A DNA stretch of 64,000 nt from Mustelus asterias. Taxonomy: Eukaryota. Where the stretch lies: assembly GCF_964213995.1 (NCBI RefSeq), contig NC_135817.1, positions 53,072,001 through 53,136,000 of the forward strand. The letters are read 5' to 3'. Of the stretch, positions 25,198 to 37,642 are shown piece after piece. Below the pieces are notes generated by a model. The model was not told where the DNA came from, ran no database searches, and saw only the letters and a program-made list of their open reading frames with translations. Position 1 is the first letter of the stretch; each line of letters starts with the position of its first letter. The translations under genes and the position numbers were made by a program.

Positions 25198-25626
25198 TTT
25201 AGAGTCATAGAGATATACAGCACCGAGACAGGCCCTTTGGCCCAACTCATCCATGCCAACCAAGTTTCCTAAACTGAACGAGTCCCATTTGCCTGCATTT
25301 GGCCCATATCCCTTGAAACCTTTCCTATCCATGTACCTGTCCAAATATCTTTTAAATGTTGTAATTGTTCCCGCCCCTACCACCAGCTCTGGCAGCTCAT
25401 TCCATATACACACCACCCTCTGTGTGAAAACGTTGCCCTTCAGTTCCCTTTTAAATCTTTCCCCTCTCACCTTAAACCTATGCTCTCTAGTTTTGGACTC
25501 CCCTACACTGAGGAAAAGACCTTGGCTCTTCACTTTATCTATGCCCCCCATGATTTTATAAACTTCATCCTCCTGAGCTCCAGAGAAAAAAAGTCCCAGC
25601 CTAACCAGCCTGTCCTTATAATTCAA
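25198..25626 (-). mobile_element. Older CR1 3' fragment
   Basis: ORF 25192-25632 ...VYKIMGGIDKV...FTQRVVCIWNELP. The element appears to resume briefly after 26994. Confidence 0.82.
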
Positions 25627-26986
25627 GAACAAAGAAAATTACAGTGCAGGAACAGGCCCCTCGGCCCTCCAAGCCTGCACCGACCATGCTACCTGACTTA
25701 ACGAAAACCCCCTACCTTTCTGCGGACCATATCCCTCTATTCCCATCCTATTCATGTATTTGTTAAGACGCCCCTTAAAAGTCACTATTATATCTGCTTC
25801 CACTACCTCCCCCGGTAACGAGTTCCAGGCACCCACCACTCTCTGTGTAAAAGATCTGCCTCGTACATCTCCTTTAAACCTTGTCCCTCGCACCTTAAAC
25901 CTGTGCCCCCTAGTAATTGACTCTTCCACCCTGGGAAAAAGCTTCTGACTATCCACTCTGTCTATGCCTCTCATAATCTTGTAGACTTCTATCAGATCAC
26001 CCCTCAACATCCGTCGCTCCAGAGAGAACAAACCAAGTTTCTCCAACCTCTCCTCATAGCTAATGTCCTCCATACCAGGCAACATCCTGGTAAATCTTTT
26101 CTGTACCCTCTCTAAAGCCTCCACATCCTTCTGGTAGTGTGGCGACCAGAATTGAACACTATATTCCAAGTGCGGCCTCACTAAGGTTCTATAAATCTGC
26201 AACATGACTTGCCAATTTTTAAACTCAATGCCCCGGCCGATGAAGGCAAGCATGCCGTATGCCTTCTTGGCTACCTTCTCCACCAGCGTTGCCACTTTCA
26301 GTGACCTGTGTACCTATACCCCCAGATCGCTTTGCTTATCAATACTCTTAAGGGTTCTACCATTTACGGTATATTTCCTATTTGTATTAGACCTTCCAAA
26401 ATGCGTTACTCACATTTGTCCGGATTAAACTCCATCTGCCATCTCTCCACCCAAATCTCCAACCGATCTATGTCCTGCTGCATCCTCTGATGGCCCTCAT
26501 CGCGATCCGCAAATCCACCAACCTTTGTGTCGTCCCCAAATTTACTAATCAAGCCAGTTACATTTTCCTCCAAATCATTTATGTATATTACAAACAGCAA
26601 AGGTCCCAGCACTGATCTCTGAGGAACGCCACTTGTCACAGCCATCAATTCAGAAACGCACCTTTCTATTGCTACCCTCTGTCTTCTTTGACCAAGTTGG
26701 TTTTGTATCCAGAGCTCACCTCTGATCCCATGCGACTTCACCTTCTGCATTAGTCTGCCATGAGGGTCCTTGTCAAAGGCCTTACTGAAGTCCATGTAGA
26801 CAACATCCACTGCCCTACCCTCATCAATCATCTTCGTCACTTCCTCAAAAAACTTGATCAAGTTAATGAGACACGACCTCCCCTTCACAAAACCATGTTG
26901 CCTCTCATTAATATGTCCACCCATTTTCAAGTGGGAATAAATCCTGTCTCGAAGAATCCTCTCCAATAATTTCCCTATCACTGATG
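25627..26986 (-). mobile_element. 5'-truncated CR1 LINE nested in an older CR1 3' end
   Basis: ORFs 26406-26981 and 25639-26295 (RT and C-terminus). Flanked by TAATTCAA at 25619-25626 and 26987-26994. Confidence 0.9.
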
Positions 26987-27929
26987 TAATTCAAACCTTT
27001 CAGTCCCATTTAGTCAAACAGCCAGCATTCATACTTGATAAGAGAGTGTGACATGCAGGGTAGTAGGTGCAGGTAGATCCTTTACTCCCACATGAAGTTC
27101 ATGGGGAGGGGGAGCATTACTAGATTAGTGCAGAGAGGAAAGATCTCAGGAACTGGGATAAAGACTTTGTGGTTGCTTATCAACATCACCTCGACAGATA
27201 CACAGATGGATTGCACATTTTAGAGCCGTATGAAACCGCTGTTTATCTCCACTTGACTAAATTGATTTGAAAATCCACTGAAATTTGTAACCAGCTGGAA
27301 TGTATACAACAGAATAAAGCCTCTGTAGACACTTTACAATTATTTTGAAATCCTGTTTTTTCTAAGCTTATTAAAGCTGTTTTCAGGTTTGAACTCGAAC
27401 TAGACATCAGCCCAATGTTGTTTCACAGGATGATCTGAAACCTTTTTAATTTATCAGTTGTTGGGATTGCTAAGTATATAGGTCAAGGAATCAGTGCCAT
27501 TGTCAGTGTATGCAGAGATTAACAGTAATGTATGAGAATTTGTTTAATATGATCAACCCAGTTGGTAACATTTCCTGTGGTGATTTGTACAATACCTGAT
27601 GAGGACAGGAAAGACTCTGCTGCCTGAGTGCCAATTCTAATCTCACTGCATGAGATAAAACATTGAAATATAGAGATAAACAGAGTTAATGTTACGAAAG
27701 TGAAAATAAATAGTAAAGAGGTATTAGAGGCGCATGTTCTTTGTAGCCTTATCTTCAAACCCCTCCAATTCTACCCCACCACAGGAATTGAAATTGCCTT
27801 TATCAAAGACACGTTACATCCAATGTAGACCCTTTCTCCTGATTTTTCTCCAACTTTCTGCAGCCTTTTACTAGGCTGTCAAACCATCCTCCTTTGTTGA
27901 TTGCACAGTGTTTGGTACCATTTGTAACT

Positions 27930-28440
27930 CCTCAGATACTGAAACAGTCTGTGCCAGCATGCAGCAAGACCTGCGCAACATTCAGGCTTGGACTGATAAT
28001 TGGCAAGCAACATCTGTGCTACAAGTGCCAGGCAATGACCATCTCCAACAAGAGAGAATCTAATCATCTCTCCTTCACGTTGAATGACTTCAATTTTGCA
28101 TGTCGCCCTTTGACATTCAGCAGCATTACAATCACTGAATGCCCCACTAACTGTATCCTGGGGAATTGATCAGATACTTAACTGGACCAGCCACATTAAT
28201 AGTGTGACTACAAGAGCAGGTCAGAGGCTCGGAATTCTAAAGAGAAAAACTCACATCCTGACCTCCCAAAGCTCTTCCCCCATCTACAAGTCATGATTGT
28301 GCTGAAATAGTCCCCACTTTCCAGAATGAGTGCAGCTCTAACAAGGAAACTTGACATCAGCCAGGCCAAAGCAGCCCACTTGATCAGAAACTCCATCCAC
28401 CATCTTAAATATTCATTCCGTCCATCACTGATGCATTGGC
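27930..28440 (+). mobile_element. Old LINE RT fragment (family of 41085-44780)
   Basis: atgcagcaagacctg...attcaggcttggactgataa...aagtgccaggcaatgaccatctccaacaagagag matches the reverse complement of ~42100-42220. Confidence 0.7.
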
Positions 28441-31206
28441 CGCCTTGTCATCTGCCTGTCCTTTTGTCTGCCTCAGACCTGTTATGGCAGGCAGCAACCT
28501 GACTCCAGCCCATTCCCGTTGGGTAGCCACGAAAATAGCGTGAGTGATCACTGCCGGCCAGGAGGTGGATTGCAATATCAGGAAACCTTCCTGACTCCCA
28601 ATTTCCCCTCCCAAGATAAAATTCGGCTCTTGGTTTTTTTAAATTACAAATATGACTTGATTCTTTGCTGGGCTCTTGATGCACATTCTCCAAATTAGTT
28701 ACTTAATTCATTTACGGAAATCATGCTGTCAAAAGTATTCTCGCGATTGGGTGTTTTGAATGGAACAACCTGAAGGCCAATTTCATTATGATCTACATTC
28801 TTTACAGTTGCAGGGTACAATTTAGAATGAGGAGCAATAATGCATTGTGCCGAGTGCAGGTTGTCTCAGTCTGGCAGATCCAGGATCTGGCATTCACACT
28901 TGGGAATCATCCAAGATGTGAAGCTTCTGGACTTGAGCCCATCGGAAGCAGCAGTGTAATGTGACTGATGGGGTAAATCAGCAGGAATTCTATCTTGATT
29001 TGTTCCATAGCACCCCCTTGTGTCTGTTCACACAGTGATCACAAGGATGCATGATCCTTGCCTTGGTGATAATGCATACTTCAAACATTTGACCATTTGG
29101 AAGTGAGCTGGAAGGGCATTCCAATTGCAGCACACACATTGTGTTGTCGCCACTTCCAGGTTCACACAAGTGGATGTAAAAACAGGAGATGATGTAGATG
29201 AATGCCTGGCTGGAAAGGTGGTGCAGGGAGTGAGGGGTTTAAATTCCTGGGGCTCTGGGGGAGATGGGCCCTACAAAGGTCGACAGGTCAGGTGGGTGGC
29301 ACCTAAACAGATTTCCTTGCTGGGCATTTTGTTAGTCCTATTGAGGAGAGGATTTAAGCTAACTTGACCAGGATGTGACCCCAGAGAGGATTACCAATGT
29401 GCACAGATTACTGGGAGAGACAGATAGCATTAGAGCAGGAAATCATAAGTTCAGAGTAAGGGAGAATGTGATACACCCTAAATTAAGGCTGGCTCGGTTG
29501 TTTCAGAGGGCCACTGAGAGTCAATCACATTGCTGAGGATCTGGAGTCACCTGTAGGCCAGACCAAGCAGATAGCAGATTTCCTTCCCAAAAGAGCATTA
29601 GTGAACCAGATGGGTTTTTGCAACAATGGTTATGGAAACCACACCTACCCCCCCTCCCCCTGCCCCAATAGAAACCACTTGGCAGTGCCCGGGCATTGAT
29701 CCATGGCAATAGGTCATGACCCTCTTCCCTCTTTGGGCTGTACTTACCTGTGCACCCTTAGCAGGGATCATTCGCCAGGTTCCTGTTTCACAAAACCTGT
29801 CACAAACCCTGTCAACGTGACGTCATGCCAGCGGTGGAAGGAGAGTTTGCGGGAGATCCCTACACGGGGGATTGATACACTGTATATTGTAATGTATGCT
29901 AATGAGGTTCCCGACCTTTCATGTACTTGTAATACAATGGCATGCCGTGAATGCTCATTAGTGTAAAATATTATTTTAACACAGTCTTACCTTCAGTTAA
30001 CAGTGCATGAGAATCTCATTGACCTGGTTCACATGTGTTCAGAAGTGGCATGCAGCATTCTCGAAATCTGCAGCAGAAGTGGGGGGAGAAGGAGAATAGC
30101 AGCTTGCATGGAGCTTTAGGACCGACAAGGGGGAGTCATGCTGAGAAAGGTTGTGAAGTGGGGTCAGGGGCACGGAGGTGAGAATGAGGGATTGGGGGAG
30201 GGCAGAGGTTGAGATTGGGGACATAGAGTGAGAAGAGCCTGGCATCCTGGGTGTGGTGGGGTGCGAAAGTCAGCTAACGTGAGAAAATGAGGGATCTCAA
30301 AGATGGTGTCAGTGCTGTCCATCTTGGGGTTGGCTGCCAGCGCCCTTTCGGTTCCGGTTACGACTTCAGGAACAACACACCATTAACAAAGTCCTGGCCA
30401 TGACATTGTGGCTTTAACAGAAACTTGACTGGGTATTAAATATTCCTGGGTACAAGGAGTTCAGGAAAGGGGAGGGGCGGTAGTCTTGATTAAGAACAAC
30501 CTTGCCCTTCCGGCCGAGAGAGGAGGTCCATTTTGCCATTTAAGATGTGGTACATTTCTCATTGTAGTCTGTAGGCCCCCAACCAGTGGGAAGGATGTAG
30601 AGGAACAAATTTGCAAGGAAATTACAGATGGGTGCAAGCATTATATAGTAGATATAATGGTGGATTTTGAATATCCAAATATAGACTGGGTTAGTAGTAC
30701 TGTGAAGGGCAGTGAGGGATAGGATTTATTAGAGTGTGTTCAGGAAAATTTCCTGCGGCAGTATGTTTTCAGTCCATCGAGAAAGAAGCTTGACTGGGTT
30801 CTTGGGAATGAGGTGAACCAAGTGGATCAAGTAAATGTCAGCGGAGGAACATTTGGGGGACAATGATCGTTGCATCATAAGGTTTAGATTGGTTATGGGC
30901 AAGGAACAATGCAGAGTACAAACAATCAACTGGGGGAAAGCCAATTTCAAAGGTTAAGAATGGATCTTACCGGATACGTTGGAAACAAAGGACAGCAGGC
31001 AAAACCCGAACTGAATAATGAGCTACCTTTAAAGAGACGGTTCAGGTACAATCAAGGTGTATTCCCATGAAGGGGAAAGGTAGGGCAAACAAATCCACAG
31101 CCCTCGGATGATGAAAGAGATAGAGATTAAGATGACGCAGAGGAAGTGCGTTTATGATGGAGGTCAGGTGCATAATACAACCGAGAACCAGGCTGGATGT
31201 AAAAGG

Positions 31207-31514
31207 TGATGCGCGATTAAATCACTCGGGAGGCTGGATCGTACCCGGGAAATAAAGGCTTTTATTAGTAACAAGAATGGAGCATACTATATAACAATAC
31301 AATCCCAGACTAAAGGGTCACCAGGCAGTGCAGTGACCTTTATACTCCTACAGGTAGGCGGAGCCAACCGGAGTGTACCACAGAACAATACCAACAGGTA
31401 GACCACCCCAACCCTAACCCCAACAGTGACAACAGTAACATATGTACAAGTACCCATAGTGCTAACCATCTATGGTTCAGTACCCATAGTGGTAACCATC
31501 TATGGTTCACCACA
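31207..31514 (-). repeat. 3' LTR of element A (308 bp)
   Basis: Matches the 5' LTR except for 3 substitutions that I counted and one fewer 30-bp unit. Confidence 0.95.
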
Positions 31515-31528
31515 TTCACCCCTCCTTT
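31515..31528 (-). promoter_or_regulatory. Polypurine tract of element A
   Basis: Sense AAAGGAGGGGTGAA directly before the 3' LTR. Identical tract at 60492-60505 in element B. Confidence 0.85.
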
Positions 31529-31577
31529 AAAAACAAAGGCCAGTGGGGCAAAAAAACAGTACGAACTGTCCATATAT

Positions 31578-34500
31578 TCACAAGTTCAGTCGTATCGGAG
31601 GGCCGCACCGTCTCTGCGACCTCCTCAACACTGGCGGTAGCGCCGGTTCTGGTGACCGTGATGACCCTCTCTCCAAGGCGGTGTCCAGTGACTCCTCCAG
31701 TTCCTCACGGACAGGTGGACCACGAGGTGGCGACAATCTCCTGGACTCGAGCACGCCCCGAGGTGGCGACAATCTCCTGGACTCAGGCAAGCTGTACATG
31801 GGAGTAAGAAGATTAAGTGGTGGTCCCGATACTGCCCGCGCCGTGTCAGGAGGAGAGATAAAGGTCAAGGGGTCCCTAACCAGGGGTGCGGGAGCGACAG
31901 GGGTTTCCAAGTCCCCTGCAGGCGCCAGATCTCGAATAGAGACCGTGTCCTCTGGCCCGTCAGGATATGCCACATAGGCATATTGAGGGTTGACGTGGAG
32001 GAGATGGACCTGTTCAACCAAAGGGTCGGACTTGCGGGTCCTAACATGCCGCCGCAGGAGGACAGGTCCTGAGTACATCAACCAAGACGGCAGTGAGGTC
32101 CCAGAGGAAGACTTCCTAGGGAAGGTAAACATCCGCTCATGTGGGGTAGCGTTGGTTGCCGTACACAGGAGGGACCGGATTGAATGGAGCGCATCAGAAA
32201 GTACCTCTAGCCAACGGGAGACTGGAAGACCCTTAGACCTCAACGCCAGTAAGACAGCCTTCCAGACTGTAGCATTTTCTCTTTCAACCTGCCCGTTACC
32301 CCTGGGGTTGTAACTCGTAGCTCTACTTGAGGCAATCCCTTTTGAGAGCAGGTATTGCCTCAAGTCGTCACTCATAAACGATGAGCCCCTATCACTGTGG
32401 ATATAGCTGGGGTAACCAAACAGGGTGAAAAGATCCCGCAATGCTTTGATAACCGTGGCAGTAGTCATGTCTGAACAGGGAATGGCAAAAGGGAATCGGG
32501 AGTACTCGTCAATCATGTTGAGGAAGTACACATCCCGATCTGTCGAAGGAAGGGGGCCCTTGAAATCCACACTGTCTTTCAAAAGGGCGAGTGGCCTTAA
32601 TGAGGTGTGCCCTGTCATTTCGGTAGAAGTGCGGCTTGCATTCAGCACATACTGGCAGCTTCGGGTTATTGACCTGACATCCTCTACTGCGTAGGGTAGA
32701 TTCCGGGCCTTTACAAAATGGAAGAGCCGAGTGATCCCCGGATGGCAGAGATCATGGCAGAGATCATCAGAGGGCCTATAACCGATCCTCCTGCACCCTG
32801 GCACATGTTCCATGCGACAGGGCGTCTGAGGGCTCATTGAGCTTCCCCGGACGGTACATGATATCATAGTTGTAGGTGGAGAGTTCGATTCTCCACCTCA
32901 AGATTTTATCATTTTTGATCTTACCCCGTAACGTGTTGTTGAACATGAACGCCACGGACCGCTGGTCCGTGAGCAGGGTGAATCGTTTTACAGCCAAGTA
33001 ATGGCGCCAATGCCGGACAGCCTCCACAATGGCCTGAGCCTCTTTTTCCACCGCGGAGTGCCGAATTTCAGGGCCTTGGAGGGTGCAAGAGAAAAAGGCG
33101 TCGGGCCTGCCCACCTGGTTAAGTGTGGCGGCCAGGGCAAAATCAGATGCATCACTCTCCACCTGAAAGGGGATGGACTCATCGACAGCGTGCATCGTGG
33201 CTTTCGCGATGTCAGCTTTTATCCCTTCAAAGGCTAAGCGAGCCTCTGCTGCCAGGGGAAAAGAGGTAGACTTTATGAGCGGACGGGCTTTGTCCGCATA
33301 ATTGGGAACCCACTGTGCGTAATACGAAAAGAAGCCTAAGCATCTTCTCAGTGCTTTGATGCTAGTGGGTAGGGGAAGTTGAAGGAGGGGACGCATACGG
33401 TCTGGATCAGGGCCAAGGACCCCGTTTTCCACCACGTATCCGAGAATTGCTAGGCGGCGCTTGCTAAATACATACTTCTCCCTGTTATAGGTCAGATTCA
33501 GGCGAGACGCAGTGCGTAAAAACTTTAGGAGGTTGGCATCGTGGTCCTGCTGGTCATGGCCGCAGATAGTGACGTTGTCCAGGTACGGGAAGGTAGCCCG
33601 TAGCCCGTTTTGGTCCACCATTCGGTCCATTGCACGCTGGAAGACCGAGACCCCATTCGTGACGCTAAAGGGGACCCTTAAGAAGTGGTAGAGACGACCA
33701 TCCGCCTCAAAGGCCATATATTTTCGGTCCTCTGGGCGAATGGGGAGCTGGTGGTAAGCTGACTTCAAGTCAATGGTGGAGAACACCCGGTACTGCGCAA
33801 TCTGGTTGACCATGTCAGATATGCGTGGGAGAGGATACGCGTCCAGCTGCGTGTATCTATTAATGGTCTGACTATAGTCTATGACCATCCGGGGTTTGTC
33901 TCCAGTTTTAACCACCACGACTTGTGCTCTCCATGGGCTAGTGCTAGGTTGAATGATCCCTTCCCTGAGGAGCCGCTGAACCTCAGATCGAATAAAGATC
34001 CGATCCTCAGCGCTGTAACGCCTGCTCTTAGTTGCAATGGGCTTGCAGCCTGGCACGAGATTCTCGAATAAAGATGGCGGGGTGATTCTGAGTGTCGAGA
34101 GACTGCACGTGGAGCGCGGTGGGCAATTTGGAGGCTGCTGTTCTCCCACTGAAAGTGGAGGGAGTGGCCCATCGTACTGCAGGGTCACACTCCTCAGGTG
34201 GACCATAAAGTCTAGTCCCAGGAGTAGCGGAGCACAAAGGTGCGGTAACACGAGGAGCCTGAAGTTCTCATAAACTGTGCCCCGCACCGTTAGGTTGACC
34301 ACGCAGCTCCCAAGAACGGTAACAGATCGAGACCTCGACGCCATAGAAATTGTCTGTCTGACAGTCTGTACTCGGAGACCGCACCGTTTCACAGTGTCAG
34401 GATGAATGAAACTCTCTGTGCTCCCGCTGTCAAACAGACAATGTATTAGGTGTCCATTTACCTCTATGCCCATCATGGACTTGTCGAATCTGTGAGGCTT

Positions 34501-34713
34501 GGCCTGGTCCAGGATGATTGATGCCACCGTTGGGTCTCGAGTGCAACTGCAGGCAGCTGAGATGGTTGATGATGATGACCCCTGCTGGTCGTCTGCGGTC
34601 GGTGCCGACCAAAATGGCTGCACCCATGGATCGCACGTGGTCGGTGGCGCTGAAAGTGGTGGCACCCGCAGGTCGCACGTGTCTTGCGTCGTCGTCGTCA
34701 GGAATGGCGGTGC
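31578..34713 (-). pseudogene. pol: Pol of element A (PR-RT-RNaseH-IN), disrupted by frameshifts
   Basis: LFDSGS protease, IDLKSAYHQ / YLDN RT, SDASD RNase H, VDFKGP / HSDRG / VERENA integrase. Same frame as gag. Frameshifts near 32750-32780 (with a 12-bp duplication TGGCAGAGATCA) and near 32575-32650. Confidence 0.9.
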
Positions 34714-35583
34714 TCATGAATCGCACGTGGTGGAAGACCTCGATGAAGCTGGAGACAAGGTGACAGATTCTGGAGAATCACACGCCGCACTGCGAGGCTT
34801 CGAGGGTGGTTTAGCTCTGCACACTTTGGCATAGTGCCCTTTCTTCCCACACACGGAGCAAAATCCCGTTCTGGCTGGACATCGCTGCCGAGGGTGTTTC
34901 GCCAATCCACAGAAATAGCACCGCGGGCCTCCTGGAGCTGCCGCCGTCGTCAGGTCCGAGGTTGAAAGCACGATCGCGCAGTTTCTCGGAGCCGCTGGGT
35001 AGAGTTGAGTCGGTGGCTGTACTTGCCACGATGTTCCCACGTGGTCGGTGGGGTAAGTTTCCAGACTTCTGGAGGCCGTTTCCATCGTGTCAGCCAATTC
35101 CACCGTCTTAGCTAGGTCTAAGTTACCTTGCTCTAGCAGCCGCAGGCGAATATAGGATGAGCCGATTCCCGCCACGAACGCATCTCGAATCAAATCGTTA
35201 GTATACTGGGTCGCCGACACTGGCTTGCAATTGCAGGCTCTGGCTAGCTGCTGAAGTTCGCGCAGGTACTGTCCCGTCGTTTCACCAGGCTGCCGCCGTC
35301 GAGTGGCTAGAAGGTGTCGAGCATGAATCTCGTTTGGCGGTTTGTTGTACAGTTTCTTAAGTAGTTCGATGGCCCCTTTGTAGTCTTGGGCATCATGGAT
35401 TGATGAATATACAGTGTCGCTTACCCTTGCGTGGAGGACCCGCAGTCTATCGGCATCATTTTGAATGGCTGTTGAGGCATCGATATAGTCTTGAAAACAC
35501 TTCAACCAATGGTCGAAAGTGTTCGACGCTCCAGCTGCACGCGGATCTAAGGTAAGCCGATCGGGTTTTAACATTTGCTCCAT
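34714..35583 (-). CDS. gag: Gag of element A (two zinc knuckles)
   Basis: CYFCGLAKHPRQRC and CSVCGKKGHYAKVC knuckles. Ends at an in-frame TGA where element B has W (TCDSW). Confidence 0.9.
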   Translation of the reverse strand: MEQMLKPDRLTLDPRAAGASNTFDHWLKCFQDYIDASTAIQNDADRLRVLHARVSDTVYSSIHDAQDYKGAIELLKKLYNKPPNEIHARHLLATRRRQPGETTGQYLRELQQLARACNCKPVSATQYTNDLIRDAFVAGIGSSYIRLRLLEQGNLDLAKTVELADTMETASRSLETYPTDHVGTSWQVQPPTQLYPAAPRNCAIVLSTSDLTTAAAPGGPRCYFCGLAKHPRQRCPARTGFCSVCGKKGHYAKVCRAKPPSKPRSAACDSPESVTLSPASSRSSTTCDS

Positions 35584-35602
35584 GGTTTTTTTTTAACCAA
35601 AA

Positions 35603-35617
35603 TTGTTACTAATAAAA
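35603..35617 (-). promoter_or_regulatory. Non-tRNA primer-binding-site position, complementary to the element's own LTR
   Basis: Sense TTTTATTAGTAACAA begins 1 nt after the 5' LTR end. It is the exact reverse complement of LTR 35672-35686. No TGG start. Confidence 0.75.
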
Positions 35618-35618
35618 T

Positions 35619-35956
35619 TGATGCGCGATTAAATCACTCGGGAGGCTGGATCGTACCCGGGAAATAAAGGCTTTTATTAGTAACAAGAATGGAGCATACT
35701 ATATAACAATACAATCCCAGACTAAAGGGTCACCAGGCAGTGCAGTGACCTTTATACTCCTACAGGTAGGCAGAGCCAACCGGAGTGTACCACAGAACAA
35801 TACCAACAGGTAGAACACCCCAACCCTAACCCCAACAGTAACAACAGTAACATATGTACAAGTACCCATAGTGCTAACCATCTATGGTTCAGTACCCATA
35901 GTGGTAACCATCTATGGTTCAGTACCCATAGTGGTAACCATCTATGGTTCACCACA
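35619..35956 (-). repeat. 5' LTR of element A (338 bp)
   Basis: Minus strand TGTGGTGAAC...GCGCATCA. TATAAA at 35751-35756(-), AATAAA at 35673-35678(-). Three copies of a 30-bp unit. Confidence 0.95.
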
Positions 35957-37642
35957 AAAGGTTTGGAGGGAAAGTGAAAAAGCCAATAAGATGAGACTGG
36001 CAGCCAACATAAATTGAAATCCAAGTCATCTCAAGGCATATCGATAGTAAAATGGTGGGAAAGGAGGAATGGGGTCAATTAAAGACCAAAAAGGGAATTG
36101 ACAAATGGAGGCAGGGGCATAGCTGAGGTATTAAATGAATACTTAGCATCTCTCTTTGCCAAGAAAGAAGCTGCTGCAAAGCTCATGGTGAAAGAGGAGG
36201 TAACTCAGCCCCTGGAAGGGTTTAAATGGATAAAGAGGAATAGATAGGCTGTCTGTACTTTGATTGTTGATGAGGCACCAGGACTGGTTGAAATGCATCC
36301 AAGGATAATGAGGGAAGTAAGAGTGGAAATTGCCATAATCTTTCAACTTTAGTTCAACTCCAGTGTGGTGCCAAATGACTGGCGAATTGTCGATGTTACA
36401 TTCTTGTTCAAACAAGGGTTTAAAGATAAGCCCAGCAACTACAGGCCAGTGAGTTTCACTGCCAATCAGTGGGGAAGCTTCTAGAAATGATAATTTGAGA
36501 TAAAATTAATAACCACATAGATGTATGCAGGTTAATTAAAGAAAGCCAACATGGATTTGTTCATGGCAAATCATGTTGAACAAACTTGCTGGAGTTTTTG
36601 ATGAGGTAAGAGAGAGGATTGATGAGGGTGATGCTGTTAATGTGATGTACTGGGACTTCCAAAAGGTATTTGATAAGGTCCCACACAACAGATTTTTGAG
36701 CAAAGTTATAACTCGTGAGATAAAGAATCAAATAGTGACGTGGACACAGAATTGTTGAGAGACTAGAGTTAGTGGATACTTTTCAGACTGGAGGAAAGTT
36801 TGTAGTGAAATTCCAGCGGTCAGAGTTAGGATCCTTGCTCTTCCTGATATATAATAATGACCTAGACCTCGATGTATAGGGTACAATTTCAAAGTTTGTG
36901 GATGATATGAAACTTGAAAGCATTGTGAGCTATGAATGTAGAACTTCAAAAGGACATGGACAAATTGATGGAATGGGCAGACAAGTAGCAGATAAAATTT
37001 AATGCAGAGAACTGTAAAGTGATTCAGTTTGGTAAGAAGAATAGAGAGATAATACAAAGTAAAGGGTCCGATTCTAAAGGGAGTACAGGAGCAGAGGGAT
37101 CTGGCTGTTTATGTGCCTAAATTATTGAAGGTAGCAGGACATGTCAAGAGCCCTGTTAGTAAATCACATGGCATCCTCAGCTTTATCAATAGAGGAATAG
37201 AGAACAAAAGCAGGGACGTTATCTTAAACTTGTACACAACATTGGTTCAGCCTCAACTGAAGTATTGTGTCTAGTTCTGGATGCCAGACTTTAAGAGAAG
37301 TGAAGGTTTTAGAGACAGTACAGAAAAGATTCACAAAATAACCATTCTAGGGATGAGGAACTTCAATTATGAAGATAGAGTGGAAAGGTTGAGACTGTTT
37401 GACACTGCTTCCTTGGAGAGGCGAAGATTGAGAGGAGATTATATAGCGGTATTCAAAATCATGGGTGGTCTGGACAGAGTGGATAGGGAAAGAATGTTCC
37501 CCTTGATGGAAGGATCAAGAAGATGAGGGTACAGACTTGAGGCAAGTGAAGCAACAGAGACATGAGGAGAAACTTTTTCACACAGCGAGTAATTAAGATC
37601 TGGAATACACTGCCTGAGAGTATAGTGGTGGCATGTTCAGTT

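Larger units (their letters stand above)
31207..35956 (-). mobile_element. Full-length Gypsy-type LTR retrotransposon (element A)
   Basis: Two TG...CA LTRs. 5-bp TSD AAAGG (31202-31206, 35957-35961). Domain order gag-PR-RT-RH-IN. PPT next to the 3' LTR. Confidence 0.96.

Noticed and set aside
31405-31425. Telomeric repeat (ccctaaccc) in the LTRs
   Set aside because: Only about 1.5 units, which is compatible with chance.
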